Source of the DNA: Promethearchaeota archaeon
GTDB lineage: Archaea > Asgardarchaeota > Lokiarchaeia > Sigyniarchaeales > SOKP01
Length of the DNA: 32,000 nucleotides
Assembly: GCA_030606485.1 (NCBI GenBank)
Contig: JAUWGH010000006.1
Span: 60,001 to 92,000 of the forward strand
Reading direction: 5' to 3'
A program made the translations under genes and the position numbers. The notes beneath the pieces are model-generated. The model was not told the origin of the DNA. It did not search any database and saw only the letters and a program-made list of their open reading frames with translations. This document shows, one piece after another, positions 1 to 9,021 of this stretch. Positions within the stretch are counted from its first letter, which is position 1. Each line of letters opens with the position of its first letter.

Positions 1-2043
1 GGCCAGTAATGTAGCTTCTTCACTTATTGCTTGAACATCTGCACCAGTATAACCATCTAATTTTTCTGCTAATTTATCTATATTTACATTATCATCAATT
101 GGCTTTTCTTTTAAATGGATTTTAAAGATTTCAATAAGCGCTTCCTTATCCGGTAAATTAATTTGAACATGTCTCCCAAATCTTCCTGCTCTTAATAGAG
201 CAGGGTCTAACATATCTGGTCTGTTCGTGGCTGCAACTAATACAACGTCCCTTAATTCTTCTAATCCATCCATTTCAGTTAAAAGTTGAGAAATTACTTG
301 TTCAGATACCTGAGAACCTATATGCATGCCTCTTATACTTGCAATTGCATCGATCTCATCGAAAAATATAATACAAGGAGCTGCCATTCTTGCCTTTCTA
401 AAGGTTTCTCTAACGGCTTTTTCGCTCTCTCCAACCCATTTTGAAAAAAATTCAGGACCTTTTACGGAAATAAAATTTACTTCACTCTCGTGAGCTAAGG
501 CTCTTGCTAATAATGTTTTGCCTGTTCCAGGTGGGCCAAATAGTAATATTCCATTTGGTGGTTTTGAATTCATATGCTTATATAGGTTTGGATATTTAAG
601 TGGCCATTCAATAATCTCTTTTAATTGCTGTTTTGCATCTTCTAATCCGCCAACATCATCCCAGGTTTCTTTAGGCGTAGTTATTAATACTTCCCTTAAT
701 GCCGATGGTTCAATACTAGTGAGTGCTTGATTAAAATCCTCCATCGTAATCTGAATTTTATTTAAAATCTCTGCTGGTATTGGTTTCTCCATATCTATTT
801 CAGGTAAAATACGCCTTAAACTTAACATAGCTGATTCTTTAGCTAATGCTTCAATATCAGCTCCTACAAATCCATGGGTTCTATCTGCTAATTCTTCTAA
901 GTCAACATCCTTATATAAGGGCATTCCTCTTGTATGAATTTGCAAGATCTCATAACGTCCGTCTCTATTTGGAACACCAATAACGATTTCTCTATCAAAC
1001 CTGCCTGGACGCCTTAATGCCTCGTCAATATCATTCACTCTATTTGTTGCTCCAATAACAATTATTTCTCCTCTCGATTTCAAACCATCCATAAGAGATA
1101 ACAATTGAGCAACAACCCTTCTCTCAACTTCTCCAGTAACTTCACCTCTCTTGGGAGCTATAGAATCTAATTCATCAATAAAAATAATCGAAGGAGCATT
1201 TTTTTTCGCGTCTTCAAATATATTTCTCAAATTTTCTTCACTTTGCCCATAAAATTTACTCATTATTTCTGGACCTGAAATAGTTATGAAATGTGCATCT
1301 GTTTCATAAGCAACTGCTCTTGCTAATAATGTTTTACCCGTTCCCGGTGGTCCATGCAAGAGAACTCCTTTTGGCGGAGATATGCCCGCTCTTTTAAATA
1401 ATTCTGGATGTCTCATCGGTAACTCAATCATTTCTCTAATTTTTCTAATCTCTTCATATAACCCTCCGATATCTTCATAAGTTACTCGTAATTTTTCAGC
1501 AGCTTCGATTTCTTCTACCGCCTTTTCTGAAACTATTATTCTAGTCTTAGTATGAATTCTAACTGCCTCAGCTTGAGGAGTAAATTTCGTAATCATAAAA
1601 TCAAATCTTTGTCCCATTGCATAAAAACTAATGATATCTCCTTTTGTAACTACACGATTATCTAATAAATTTGCTAATGCTTTTGAATCCCTTATAACTA
1701 CTGGCCTTCCAATTGAAGCAAACGTAATAGTTCCTGCCAGTTTAGCTTCTATTTTTCTTACAGTAACCCAATCATCAATAGAAGCGCCAAGATTTCGCCT
1801 TAATGAACTGTCTAATCTAATGATACTCGATCCAACATCTACTTGTCTGCCAGGATATAATAATCCAGCTGTTCTTTTGTCTTTATTCTCATTATAAACT
1901 TCAATTACATCTCCTGTTCCTAAATTGTGTTTTCTAGATATCAATGGATCTATACGTAAAATACCACGACCAGAATCTTCTTTTAATGCATCTGCAATCC
2001 TAAGATAATCCTTCTCTTTATTTTTCTTTGATATTGAACTCAC
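1..2043 (-). CDS. cdc48: CDC48/VCP/p97-family AAA+ ATPase (3' end runs off the left edge of the window)
   Basis: Not in the ORF track because its stop lies outside the window. Manual translation from GTG at 2043 (AGGTGA RBS at 2054-2049): [33 protein letters not shown]... The frame is open to position 1 (681 codons). N-domain, D1 Walker [17 protein letters not shown] (~1330-1375), D1 Walker B IIFIDE, second region of homology [11 protein letters not shown]2 Walker [15 protein letters not shown]2 IIFFDEID. Confidence 0.97.
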   Translation of the reverse strand, partial: MSSISKKNKEKDYLRIADALKEDSGRGILRIDPLISRKHNLGTGDVIEVYNENKDKRTAGLLYPGRQVDVGSSIIRLDSSLRRNLGASIDDWVTVRKIEAKLAGTITFASIGRPVVIRDSKALANLLDNRVVTKGDIISFYAMGQRFDFMITKFTPQAEAVRIHTKTRIIVSEKAVEEIEAAEKLRVTYEDIGGLYEEIRKIREMIELPMRHPELFKRAGISPPKGVLLHGPPGTGKTLLARAVAYETDAHFITISGPEIMSKFYGQSEENLRNIFEDAKKNAPSIIFIDELDSIAPKRGEVTGEVERRVVAQLLSLMDGLKSRGEIIVIGATNRVNDIDEALRRPGRFDREIVIGVPNRDGRYEILQIHTRGMPLYKDVDLEELADRTHGFVGADIEALAKESAMLSLRRILPEIDMEKPIPAEILNKIQITMEDFNQALTSIEPSALREVLITTPKETWDDVGGLEDAKQQLKEIIEWPLKYPNLYKHMNSKPPNGILLFGPPGTGKTLLARALAHESEVNFISVKGPEFFSKWVGESEKAVRETFRKARMAAPCIIFFDEIDAIASIRGMHIGSQVSEQVISQLLTEMDGLEELRDVVLVAATNRPDMLDPALLRAGRFGRHVQINLPDKEALIEIFKIHLKEKPIDDNVNIDKLAEKLDGYTGADVQAISEEATLLA

Positions 2044-2156
2044 AATTTTCACCTATAATATGATCTTTTAAATTAATTTAATTAAATTTCTTGTTAAGAT
2101 TTAAATAAATATTAATTATACAAAAAAATAATTTTCCTATTTTTTTCTCAAATTTT

Positions 2157-2780
2157 TTATCTTTCCTTCGATTTTTTTCGTTTAAACTTTAAGCATGCAA
2201 TACCGTTCTTTAATTCTAAAGTATAATCTTTGATATCAAGCTTTATAGGCAATTTAATTTCCTTATAAAACTTTCTACCATCTCTCTTAGCCTCTACTGT
2301 TAATTCTTCTCCTTTCTCATCAAAATTCAACTTAAGATCTTCCTTTTCAACGCCTGGAAGCTCTAAACAAATTTCAATTTGATCTTCAAAATCCGTAATT
2401 TCTGTATATGGTTCGATACTGGTTTTTAACTCTCTCATCTCTTCCTTACTTTCAGGTACTAATGATATTTTCCTTATCGTAGGTCGTTCTGTAATGAATT
2501 TCGGAATCCCTTTTAAGAATATAGAAAGCATTTCATCATCAACATCTCCATTTACCCTGATCTCAGGTTTATCCATCCCCGTTTGATAATGATATGATAT
2601 AGAATACGACTTTGTATTATTCTTCTTGTAATTAAGATCTTTATCTAAATCAATTCTTGGAAACACTGAAAAATCCGAAAAACCGAAATCTCTATCAAAA
2701 AAATCCGAAAATCCTTCAAATAAATTGCGAAATCTTTTCATAAATTTCTTGTAATTCTCATCATATATATCATCATTCAC
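2157..2780 (-). CDS. hsp20: Small heat-shock protein, archaeal Hsp20 (alpha-crystallin domain)
   Basis: GTG start with GGAGGT RBS. C-terminal ACD (EPYTEITDFEDQIEICLELPGVEKEDLKL...LKNGIACLKF) and Phe-rich N-terminal region. Lies directly upstream of cdc48, as is common in archaea. Confidence 0.92.
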   Translation of the reverse strand: MNDDIYDENYKKFMKRFRNLFEGFSDFFDRDFGFSDFSVFPRIDLDKDLNYKKNNTKSYSISYHYQTGMDKPEIRVNGDVDDEMLSIFLKGIPKFITERPTIRKISLVPESKEEMRELKTSIEPYTEITDFEDQIEICLELPGVEKEDLKLNFDEKGEELTVEAKRDGRKFYKEIKLPIKLDIKDYTLELKNGIACLKFKRKKSKER

Positions 2781-2807
2781 TTTTTTTTACCTCCAATTTT
2801 TTCAATT

Positions 2808-2855
2808 ATTAATTGTCAATCATTAATTGTCAATTAACCCTTATAAATGTTTCGA
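2808..2855 (-). promoter_or_regulatory. Putative hsp20 promoter (BRE-TATA) with overlapping direct/inverted repeat operator
   Basis: Minus strand reads TCGAAACA-TTTATAA (2855-2841). ATTAATTGTCAAT occurs at 2808-2820 and 2822-2834. TTAATTG-T-CAATTAA inverted repeat at 2823-2837. Confidence 0.5.
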
Positions 2856-3050
2856 TTATAAAAATAATATTCTCTAATGATAAATTGGATCTAAAAAACA
2901 AAGTTAAACAAAAAAGAATATAAAAATCTAACTAACCTTTTTCTAATTCAGCATGGATTTTTAATGAAAACATAGAAAGAGAGCTATTTCAAAAAAATAA
3001 AAATCTTCGAAAAATGATTATATTTTTGAGAAGAAAATTTTAATAGCGTT

Positions 3051-3914
3051 TTAATTTTTTTCCTTCAATTTTATTATAAATCTATAAACAGAACCCCACA
3101 TATAATCATCTTCTCTTTCTTTTACCTCGAAGTTATTGGTATGTAACCAGTTTCTAAAAGCTTCCTTTGTTTTATTATCATAATCTCCAGTGATTTCTCC
3201 TTCATAGAATCCATCGATTTTTAAAATCTCTTTTACGGTTTTCATCACATCTCCCTCTAACTTGATAATGTCGTTGGGATCATCTCTTTGAAGCAAGCAC
3301 ATATCATAAATCTCAAACACTTTTCGCAGCTCATTGAGGGGATTAGGGTGCTCATCAACTCGAATGTCAATATATCTATCTGTACCTCCATCATATGCTC
3401 CTTTCTCTTTTACTATTAGAATTGCAGCTGATTCTCGACCTCTCTTATCACCACCTTGTTCTTGTCCGGCTTCTAATGTGGCAAATAATTTTTCTATCAA
3501 ATCACCCTTAGTCTCCAGAAATGCCTTTGACATAGCTGATACGACCCGTTCTGAAGCCAAAATATTTCCTTGGCATGCATGGTTTTTTCCGATTATATGT
3601 CCCGCCCAATCAAAACATTCTTTTCCGGTAAATGATGCTGTGTTACCATAAGAATCTACAACACCTACCTGTCTTTGTTCTTTTAGATCATCATGCTCAA
3701 TCAATTTTTCAATCGTTTCTTCAGCTGTGAGACCCTCTTTAAGTAATGATAATCCCTTAGGACCATAACTGGTATTAGCGTAAGCTTGAGTTGCAATTGC
3801 TCCAACACCTGCCTTTGCAAATGGGACTATTGCTCCTACAGCAACAAATTTTGATTGAATTGCAACACCCCATTCATTATTTTTTGGGTCATATGCCACA
3901 ATTGAAAATGTCAT
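3051..3914 (-). CDS. DUF1028 family Ntn-hydrolase-like protein with C-terminal PG-binding-like helical domain
   Basis: MTFSIVA N-terminus (ATG at 3914 preferred over 3926 because it exposes Thr), GAIATQA, RQVGVVD, QGNILA, GGDKRGRESAA, DIRVDEH motifs typical of DUF1028. Confidence 0.85.
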   Translation of the reverse strand: MTFSIVAYDPKNNEWGVAIQSKFVAVGAIVPFAKAGVGAIATQAYANTSYGPKGLSLLKEGLTAEETIEKLIEHDDLKEQRQVGVVDSYGNTASFTGKECFDWAGHIIGKNHACQGNILASERVVSAMSKAFLETKGDLIEKLFATLEAGQEQGGDKRGRESAAILIVKEKGAYDGGTDRYIDIRVDEHPNPLNELRKVFEIYDMCLLQRDDPNDIIKLEGDVMKTVKEILKIDGFYEGEITGDYDNKTKEAFRNWLHTNNFEVKEREDDYMWGSVYRFIIKLKEKN

Positions 3915-4077
3915 AATAAATTTCATTTATTTTATTAGATCATATTTTAAAAATGAAATTATACTTTTAAGAAGTAGCATTAAATATTTGTTAAAAGTTA
4001 TTTTGATGAATTTTAATAATATCAACACAGAAAACTAGATATTTACTATTTATTATTTTATCTTTGGAGTGATTTAG

Positions 4078-4950
4078 ATGGAGATATATTTCCGAGAATT
4101 AAAAATTGAAGATATTCCTGCTATTAAAGATATTAGCAATGATATCTGGGAAGGCGATGATTATATTCCAGATGTTATAGAAGAATGGCTTCAACAAAAG
4201 GAATGTATAAATTATGGAGCTTTTAAAGATGAAGAAAAAAAAATTTTAATTGGATTTGGGAGGATTAAAATAATGTCAAAAGATTTGGTGTGGTTGGAAG
4301 GTGGACGAGTAAAATTTTCGCTTCAACACCAAGGGATTGGCAAGGAGATGATAAAATATGCATTGGAATATGCTAGACAAATTAAGGCAAAAACTGCTCA
4401 ATATAGTACTTGGTCTAAAAATTTTGGTTCAATTTCGCTTGCTAAAAAATTTGGATTTCAAAAAAAGAAGATTATGAATATTCTTGAATCAGATATAAAA
4501 ACACTCAAGCTAATTAACAAACCTTCTTCAGAAGTTGAGAATATCACAGCGAAAGAAGCATTAAAAATTTATAGAAATATACCAAATGGTCCAGGAGATG
4601 AATTGTGTGTTGGTTGGTCCTATACCCCCTTAAAATTAGAATATCTTGTTAATAAAAATTGGTCTTGGATAAGAAACTCCGGAGCGATTTTACAAAAAAT
4701 TGAATTTAAAAGAACACACTTTCAAGAAGATCCAAAAAATAATGAAATTTGGATGATTATTTATGGAGAACCAACAGCAGTACCCGAGTTATTACAATAT
4801 ATTATTCAAATTGATCTTCAAACTAAAAATTTTGAGAAATTCATAGTTTTTTGTCATCCTAAAATTACAGCAATTATTAAAGAAATTGGATTCTCATATT
4901 ATGACGATGATCCTTCCGGTGTGTTACTGTTTGAAAAACATTTGGGCTAA
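4078..4950 (+). CDS. GNAT-family N-acetyltransferase with C-terminal extension
   Basis: LEGGRV...QHQGIG acetyl-CoA-binding motif A, N..SI.LA.K.GF motif, GGAGTGA RBS. Confidence 0.8.
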   Translation: MEIYFRELKIEDIPAIKDISNDIWEGDDYIPDVIEEWLQQKECINYGAFKDEEKKILIGFGRIKIMSKDLVWLEGGRVKFSLQHQGIGKEMIKYALEYARQIKAKTAQYSTWSKNFGSISLAKKFGFQKKKIMNILESDIKTLKLINKPSSEVENITAKEALKIYRNIPNGPGDELCVGWSYTPLKLEYLVNKNWSWIRNSGAILQKIEFKRTHFQEDPKNNEIWMIIYGEPTAVPELLQYIIQIDLQTKNFEKFIVFCHPKITAIIKEIGFSYYDDDPSGVLLFEKHLG

Positions 4951-5079
4951 AAAAAACAATTTCTATATTTCAACTTGTAGTGAATGCTTTATAATAAGTG
5001 AAACAATTAAAATCACCTACAATAAAAAGAACTTACGTTGTATTACATAGCAGTATTAGATATATAATGAATATTTTAG

Positions 5080-5093
5080 AAAAAAAAAAAAAA
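5080..5093 (-). terminator. T14 tract directly after the acyl-CoA ligase stop codon
   Basis: 14 consecutive A on the + strand abut the stop at 5094. Oligo-T tracts are archaeal terminators. Confidence 0.55.
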
Positions 5094-6827
5094 TTACATT
5101 TTTCTTAAAGATTTTTTATCAATTTTTCCAACAGAAGTTAAGGGCATTTGTTCAAGAATTTCTATTAATTTAGGTACCTTATATTTGGCTAAATTTTCTT
5201 CAGCAAATTTTAAAATATCTGCTTTTATTTCTTCAGAGTCTTTATATCCTTCTTTTAGAAGTACAAATAATTTTACTATTTCAGAGCCCGGACGGTCTGG
5301 GTCAGGAAGGCCAACGGTCGACGCAAGTTCAATTGCTGGATGTTTATTTATTTTATCGTCAACCTCAACACTGAAAACTTTATAGCCGCTAACTATTATC
5401 ATATCTTTTGTTCGGTCAACTATTTTTATATAACCATCTTCATCCATTATCCCTACATCTCCAGAATAAAACCATCCATCCTTAAGAGCATTTTTTGTCT
5501 CCTCTGGTTTATTCCAATAACCCTTAAAAATTTGAGGACCCTTTATAACAATCTCACCAGCCTTTCCAATATGTACTTCTTTTTCTCTATCACTAACATC
5601 TACCAATTTGACTTCTGTATTTGGAAGAGGAACACCAACAGTTCCAATTTTTTTTTCCCCAAGATAGGGATTCATGGTAACACCGGGAGATGCCTCTGTC
5701 ATACCGTAAGCTTCTAATACTTTACTTTTTCCAACTACTTCTTCAAATTCTTTGATACTTTCTGTTGCAAAAGGAGCTGCGCCAGAAATAAAACCTTTGA
5801 TAGAACTGAAATCTAACTTTTTAAATTTTCGATTGGTTAAAAGCATTAAATAAAGAGTGGGAACGTTATATGCTAAGGAAATTTTACCTTCATATTCTTT
5901 CATTTTATTTGCAATATAAGCTGTATCCCTGGGATTAGCTACTAAGATTTGAGCTGCCGCGTTATATACAGTTTGTAAATTGAATTGTAATCCCGCTAAA
6001 TGAAAGAAAGGAAACCCAGAAATATAATAATCATCTCCTGGATTAGCAGCTGGTTCAAACCAATGATAAATTAATTGCATCATCGATATCATATTTTCAT
6101 GTGTAAGTATTGCTCCCTTTGGAGGACCGGTGGTTCCACCTGTATATTGAAGTAATGCAATGTCTTTTTTGGGATCAATTTTAATTTCAGGAGTTTTTTC
6201 ACCTGAATAATTTGCTAAAATTTCTTTAAAGGTAAAGAATTTTATACCTTCTATTGGTACGACTTCACCGTAAGGAATCTTACCGATTTTTATTAATTGT
6301 TCTTTCATTTCAGGTTCTAAATCTAAAGTATCTGCAATATTTGTTGTTATTACGATTTTAACATAAGCCCCTCCCCTAGAAAGAGCTTCACGCACATTTT
6401 CTTCGTAAAAAGAATCCATTGTTATTAGAGCAACCGCTCCGCTGTCTTTTAATTGATAAGATATTTCATTTGATTTTAAAAGAAAATTCATCCCACTTTG
6501 AACACATCCAGCGTAAAAGGTTCCAAATAGGGCAATAATATATTGAGGACAATTAGGTAGATTTATTACAACTCTTTCACCCTTCTTAACGCCATTCTCT
6601 ACAAGAAAATTAGCAAAACTAATAATTAATTTTTCTGCTTCCTGAAATGTTTTACAATCTCCTTGAAAATCGTAACAAAGGCTATTTGGAAATTCTCTTG
6701 CTGTTTTCTTCATCATATCAGCCAAAGACATTAACTCTAAATCAATCTCTGGCTTTACATGCTCATCATAAGATTTTAACCATATTTTTGAAGCATAGGG
6801 ACTTTTTTCGTTAGAATTTTTACTCAT
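5094..6827 (-). CDS. fadD: Long-chain fatty acid--CoA ligase (AMP-binding/ANL family)
   Basis: YTGGTTGPPKG AMP-binding signature, EAYGMTE, GWFYSGDVG, DRTKDMIIVSG, terminal GKIDKK lysine motif. Confidence 0.9.
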   Translation of the reverse strand: MSKNSNEKSPYASKIWLKSYDEHVKPEIDLELMSLADMMKKTAREFPNSLCYDFQGDCKTFQEAEKLIISFANFLVENGVKKGERVVINLPNCPQYIIALFGTFYAGCVQSGMNFLLKSNEISYQLKDSGAVALITMDSFYEENVREALSRGGAYVKIVITTNIADTLDLEPEMKEQLIKIGKIPYGEVVPIEGIKFFTFKEILANYSGEKTPEIKIDPKKDIALLQYTGGTTGPPKGAILTHENMISMMQLIYHWFEPAANPGDDYYISGFPFFHLAGLQFNLQTVYNAAAQILVANPRDTAYIANKMKEYEGKISLAYNVPTLYLMLLTNRKFKKLDFSSIKGFISGAAPFATESIKEFEEVVGKSKVLEAYGMTEASPGVTMNPYLGEKKIGTVGVPLPNTEVKLVDVSDREKEVHIGKAGEIVIKGPQIFKGYWNKPEETKNALKDGWFYSGDVGIMDEDGYIKIVDRTKDMIIVSGYKVFSVEVDDKINKHPAIELASTVGLPDPDRPGSEIVKLFVLLKEGYKDSEEIKADILKFAEENLAKYKVPKLIEILEQMPLTSVGKIDKKSLRKM

Positions 6828-6925
6828 TTTTGATCAATTTAAAAAAATTTTTATTGATTTTGATTAATTCTAATAATAAGATTTGCGATAAATTAATATT
6901 TAAAATTAACCAACTTTGAAGTTCG

Positions 6926-8728
6926 TTATACGGAATAATATTTAGAAATAAGATCTTCTATTATTTTTTCATCTAAATCAAAAAAAGTAAAAATTAATTT
7001 ATCAATGTCTCTTTTATATAATTCTATTTTTTCTAAATCTTGCAAGGAGTTAGCAATTAATTCTTTTGAAAGTTTCCGAATAGTTTTATAAATGTCCCTT
7101 TTTTCTTGAGTTTTAAGATTCTCATAACTGATAATGGGTATCTCATTTTCAAGCTTACTTTTGGATCTTTTAATTTCTAATCCTTTCGCGTAAAAAATGA
7201 ATTTCATTAATTTAGAATTTAAATAGGCAATTAAAAAAAGATAATCCGCTTTCTTTCCATCATTGTGTAAAAAATAGGTATCTGATGTGGCATAAAAAGG
7301 GACTCTTGCAAATCCAAATACATTTTCCTTTGAAATATAGGAAAAAAATATTTTCTTTTGGTTCTCATAATAAGGTTCTAAGTATTCAATTCCACTTTTA
7401 TTTCTCAAGTTATGAATTTTAAAACCACGTCTTGGGAATAGCCAATTTCTTGGAGATTCTTTGCATTTAATCAAGGTGTTTTTCAGTTCATCTTCAAATT
7501 GATATAAATATCTCATTAAAACAGGATATTTTTTATCTGGGTTAAAATTATCAGATTGAAATTCAATCTTATCAAAAAATATCATCCATCCTAAATAATC
7601 ATCTTCAATAAAACCATACGGACGAATGGCTCTTCCTTTATATATTTTCTTTAAGCGATTTTTTTCAAATTCATTTAGTTTTAAATGATCTTTTTCTATT
7701 TTGAGGAAAAAATCTCCATTTTTTCTAATGATATCCTCATTTTCCTTCAAAATAAATATTCTATCTTTAATAGAAATTATACCATTTCTTATTTGAAAAA
7801 AATCTTTTAGATAAATAACTTTCCCACTCTCATTTTTACATGTATTCTCGATTTTATCTATAATTACTTTTACCTCCCAAGGAAAAAGAAGATTCCAACT
7901 CCCTTTTTTTTTCAAATTTTGATTTGTTATCGCACTATCATAAGATATACAGTTAAGATCGGCAGATTGGAAAATAGAATTACAATCTTGAAATTTCGAG
8001 CTGTTCTTGAATTGAATAATTTTAATTTTTTTATCTATTTTATTTGTTTTTTCCTCGTTGTTTTTCTTTTGTAAGATGAAAATGCAATTATGCTGCCCTG
8101 GAGCGTCTTTAAAAACTTTCAAATTTGATAATTCTACATAAGTCTTGAGAAAGCATTCTTCTATAATATTGGGTTTTAATTTTGCTACACCTGTTTTTTC
8201 TCCCTTTTTTATCCAATAATTCGTCGTAATGAAGCATAATAAACCTCCAGGTCTTAATTTTCGAATACCTAAATGAAGAAACCAGTAAAATAAATCCATA
8301 TTTCCACAAAAAAATTCTTTACAAATTGGATATTTACGAATATAGCCTTGGAATATTTCTGAAGCATAATTTTGTCCAAGATAAGGAGGGTTTCCTATTA
8401 TTAAATCATAATTTTCTTCTTCACTTGATTCTAAAAAATTAGAATTTTTTAATTTAATATTGTTTCCAAATTTATTTTTTAGCAGATTATAATAATATTT
8501 ATCAATTTCAAACGCTGTAATGTTTTTAAAACCATATTCAATGAGTGTTTCAAGAAAAGCACCATCGCCAGCCGCAGGTTCTAAAAGAGATAAATTAAAA
8601 ACTTTAAAATCATCCAGTTTATTCTCCTCTTTAAACTCCTCCATAACCAAATTTACCATAAATTCAGTAATCGAGGTGGAGGTAAAATATTGACCAAAGT
8701 TTTGTTTCTGACTGGCTTTTAAAGTCAT
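6926..8728 (-). CDS. N6-adenine DNA methyltransferase, gamma class (TaqI/Eco57I-like), with C-terminal target-recognition region
   Basis: GQYFT motif X, LEPAAGDGAF motif I, IIGNPPY motif IV, DLFYWF, C-terminal YLNSKLM motif seen in TaqI-like specificity domains. Confidence 0.85.
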   Translation of the reverse strand: MTLKASQKQNFGQYFTSTSITEFMVNLVMEEFKEENKLDDFKVFNLSLLEPAAGDGAFLETLIEYGFKNITAFEIDKYYYNLLKNKFGNNIKLKNSNFLESSEEENYDLIIGNPPYLGQNYASEIFQGYIRKYPICKEFFCGNMDLFYWFLHLGIRKLRPGGLLCFITTNYWIKKGEKTGVAKLKPNIIEECFLKTYVELSNLKVFKDAPGQHNCIFILQKKNNEEKTNKIDKKIKIIQFKNSSKFQDCNSIFQSADLNCISYDSAITNQNLKKKGSWNLLFPWEVKVIIDKIENTCKNESGKVIYLKDFFQIRNGIISIKDRIFILKENEDIIRKNGDFFLKIEKDHLKLNEFEKNRLKKIYKGRAIRPYGFIEDDYLGWMIFFDKIEFQSDNFNPDKKYPVLMRYLYQFEDELKNTLIKCKESPRNWLFPRRGFKIHNLRNKSGIEYLEPYYENQKKIFFSYISKENVFGFARVPFYATSDTYFLHNDGKKADYLFLIAYLNSKLMKFIFYAKGLEIKRSKSKLENEIPIISYENLKTQEKRDIYKTIRKLSKELIANSLQDLEKIELYKRDIDKLIFTFFDLDEKIIEDLISKYYSV

Positions 8729-8875
8729 ATTTGGAATTTAATTATTTTGTATCTTTTAAAATATCGAAAATATCTTCATATGATACTATAAAAATATTTA
8801 AAATCTATTAAAGTTCTAAAATTCTTTTAGATTAAATATATAATTATGTGAATTGTTTACTACATTTTTTTAATT

Positions 8876-8917
8876 CTATAGCTTATACACAATAAGTATA
8901 ATCTTTTTAAGCTATAG
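8876..8917. repeat. Nested inverted repeat in the divergent MTase/chelatase intergenic region
   Basis: CTATAGCTTA (8876-8885) and TAAGCTATAG (8908-8917) form a perfect 10-bp IR. Inner TTATAC (8883-8888) / GTATAA (8896-8901) IR. Confidence 0.6.
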
Positions 8918-9021
8918 GTCTTTTCTATTTATAGTAATACTGAATTATAAGAAAATCATACTAAATAATTGAAATGTTTTTTGTTTAAGGAAAAAATAAA
9001 ATTTATGTTTGAACTGTTAAA

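Noticed and set aside
518-1897. Plus-strand ORFs 518-730 and 1631-1897
   Set aside because: Antisense shadows of cdc48.
6926-8728. Complete restriction-modification or BREX/DISARM locus
   Set aside because: No nuclease, helicase, PglZ or specificity genes lie nearby.
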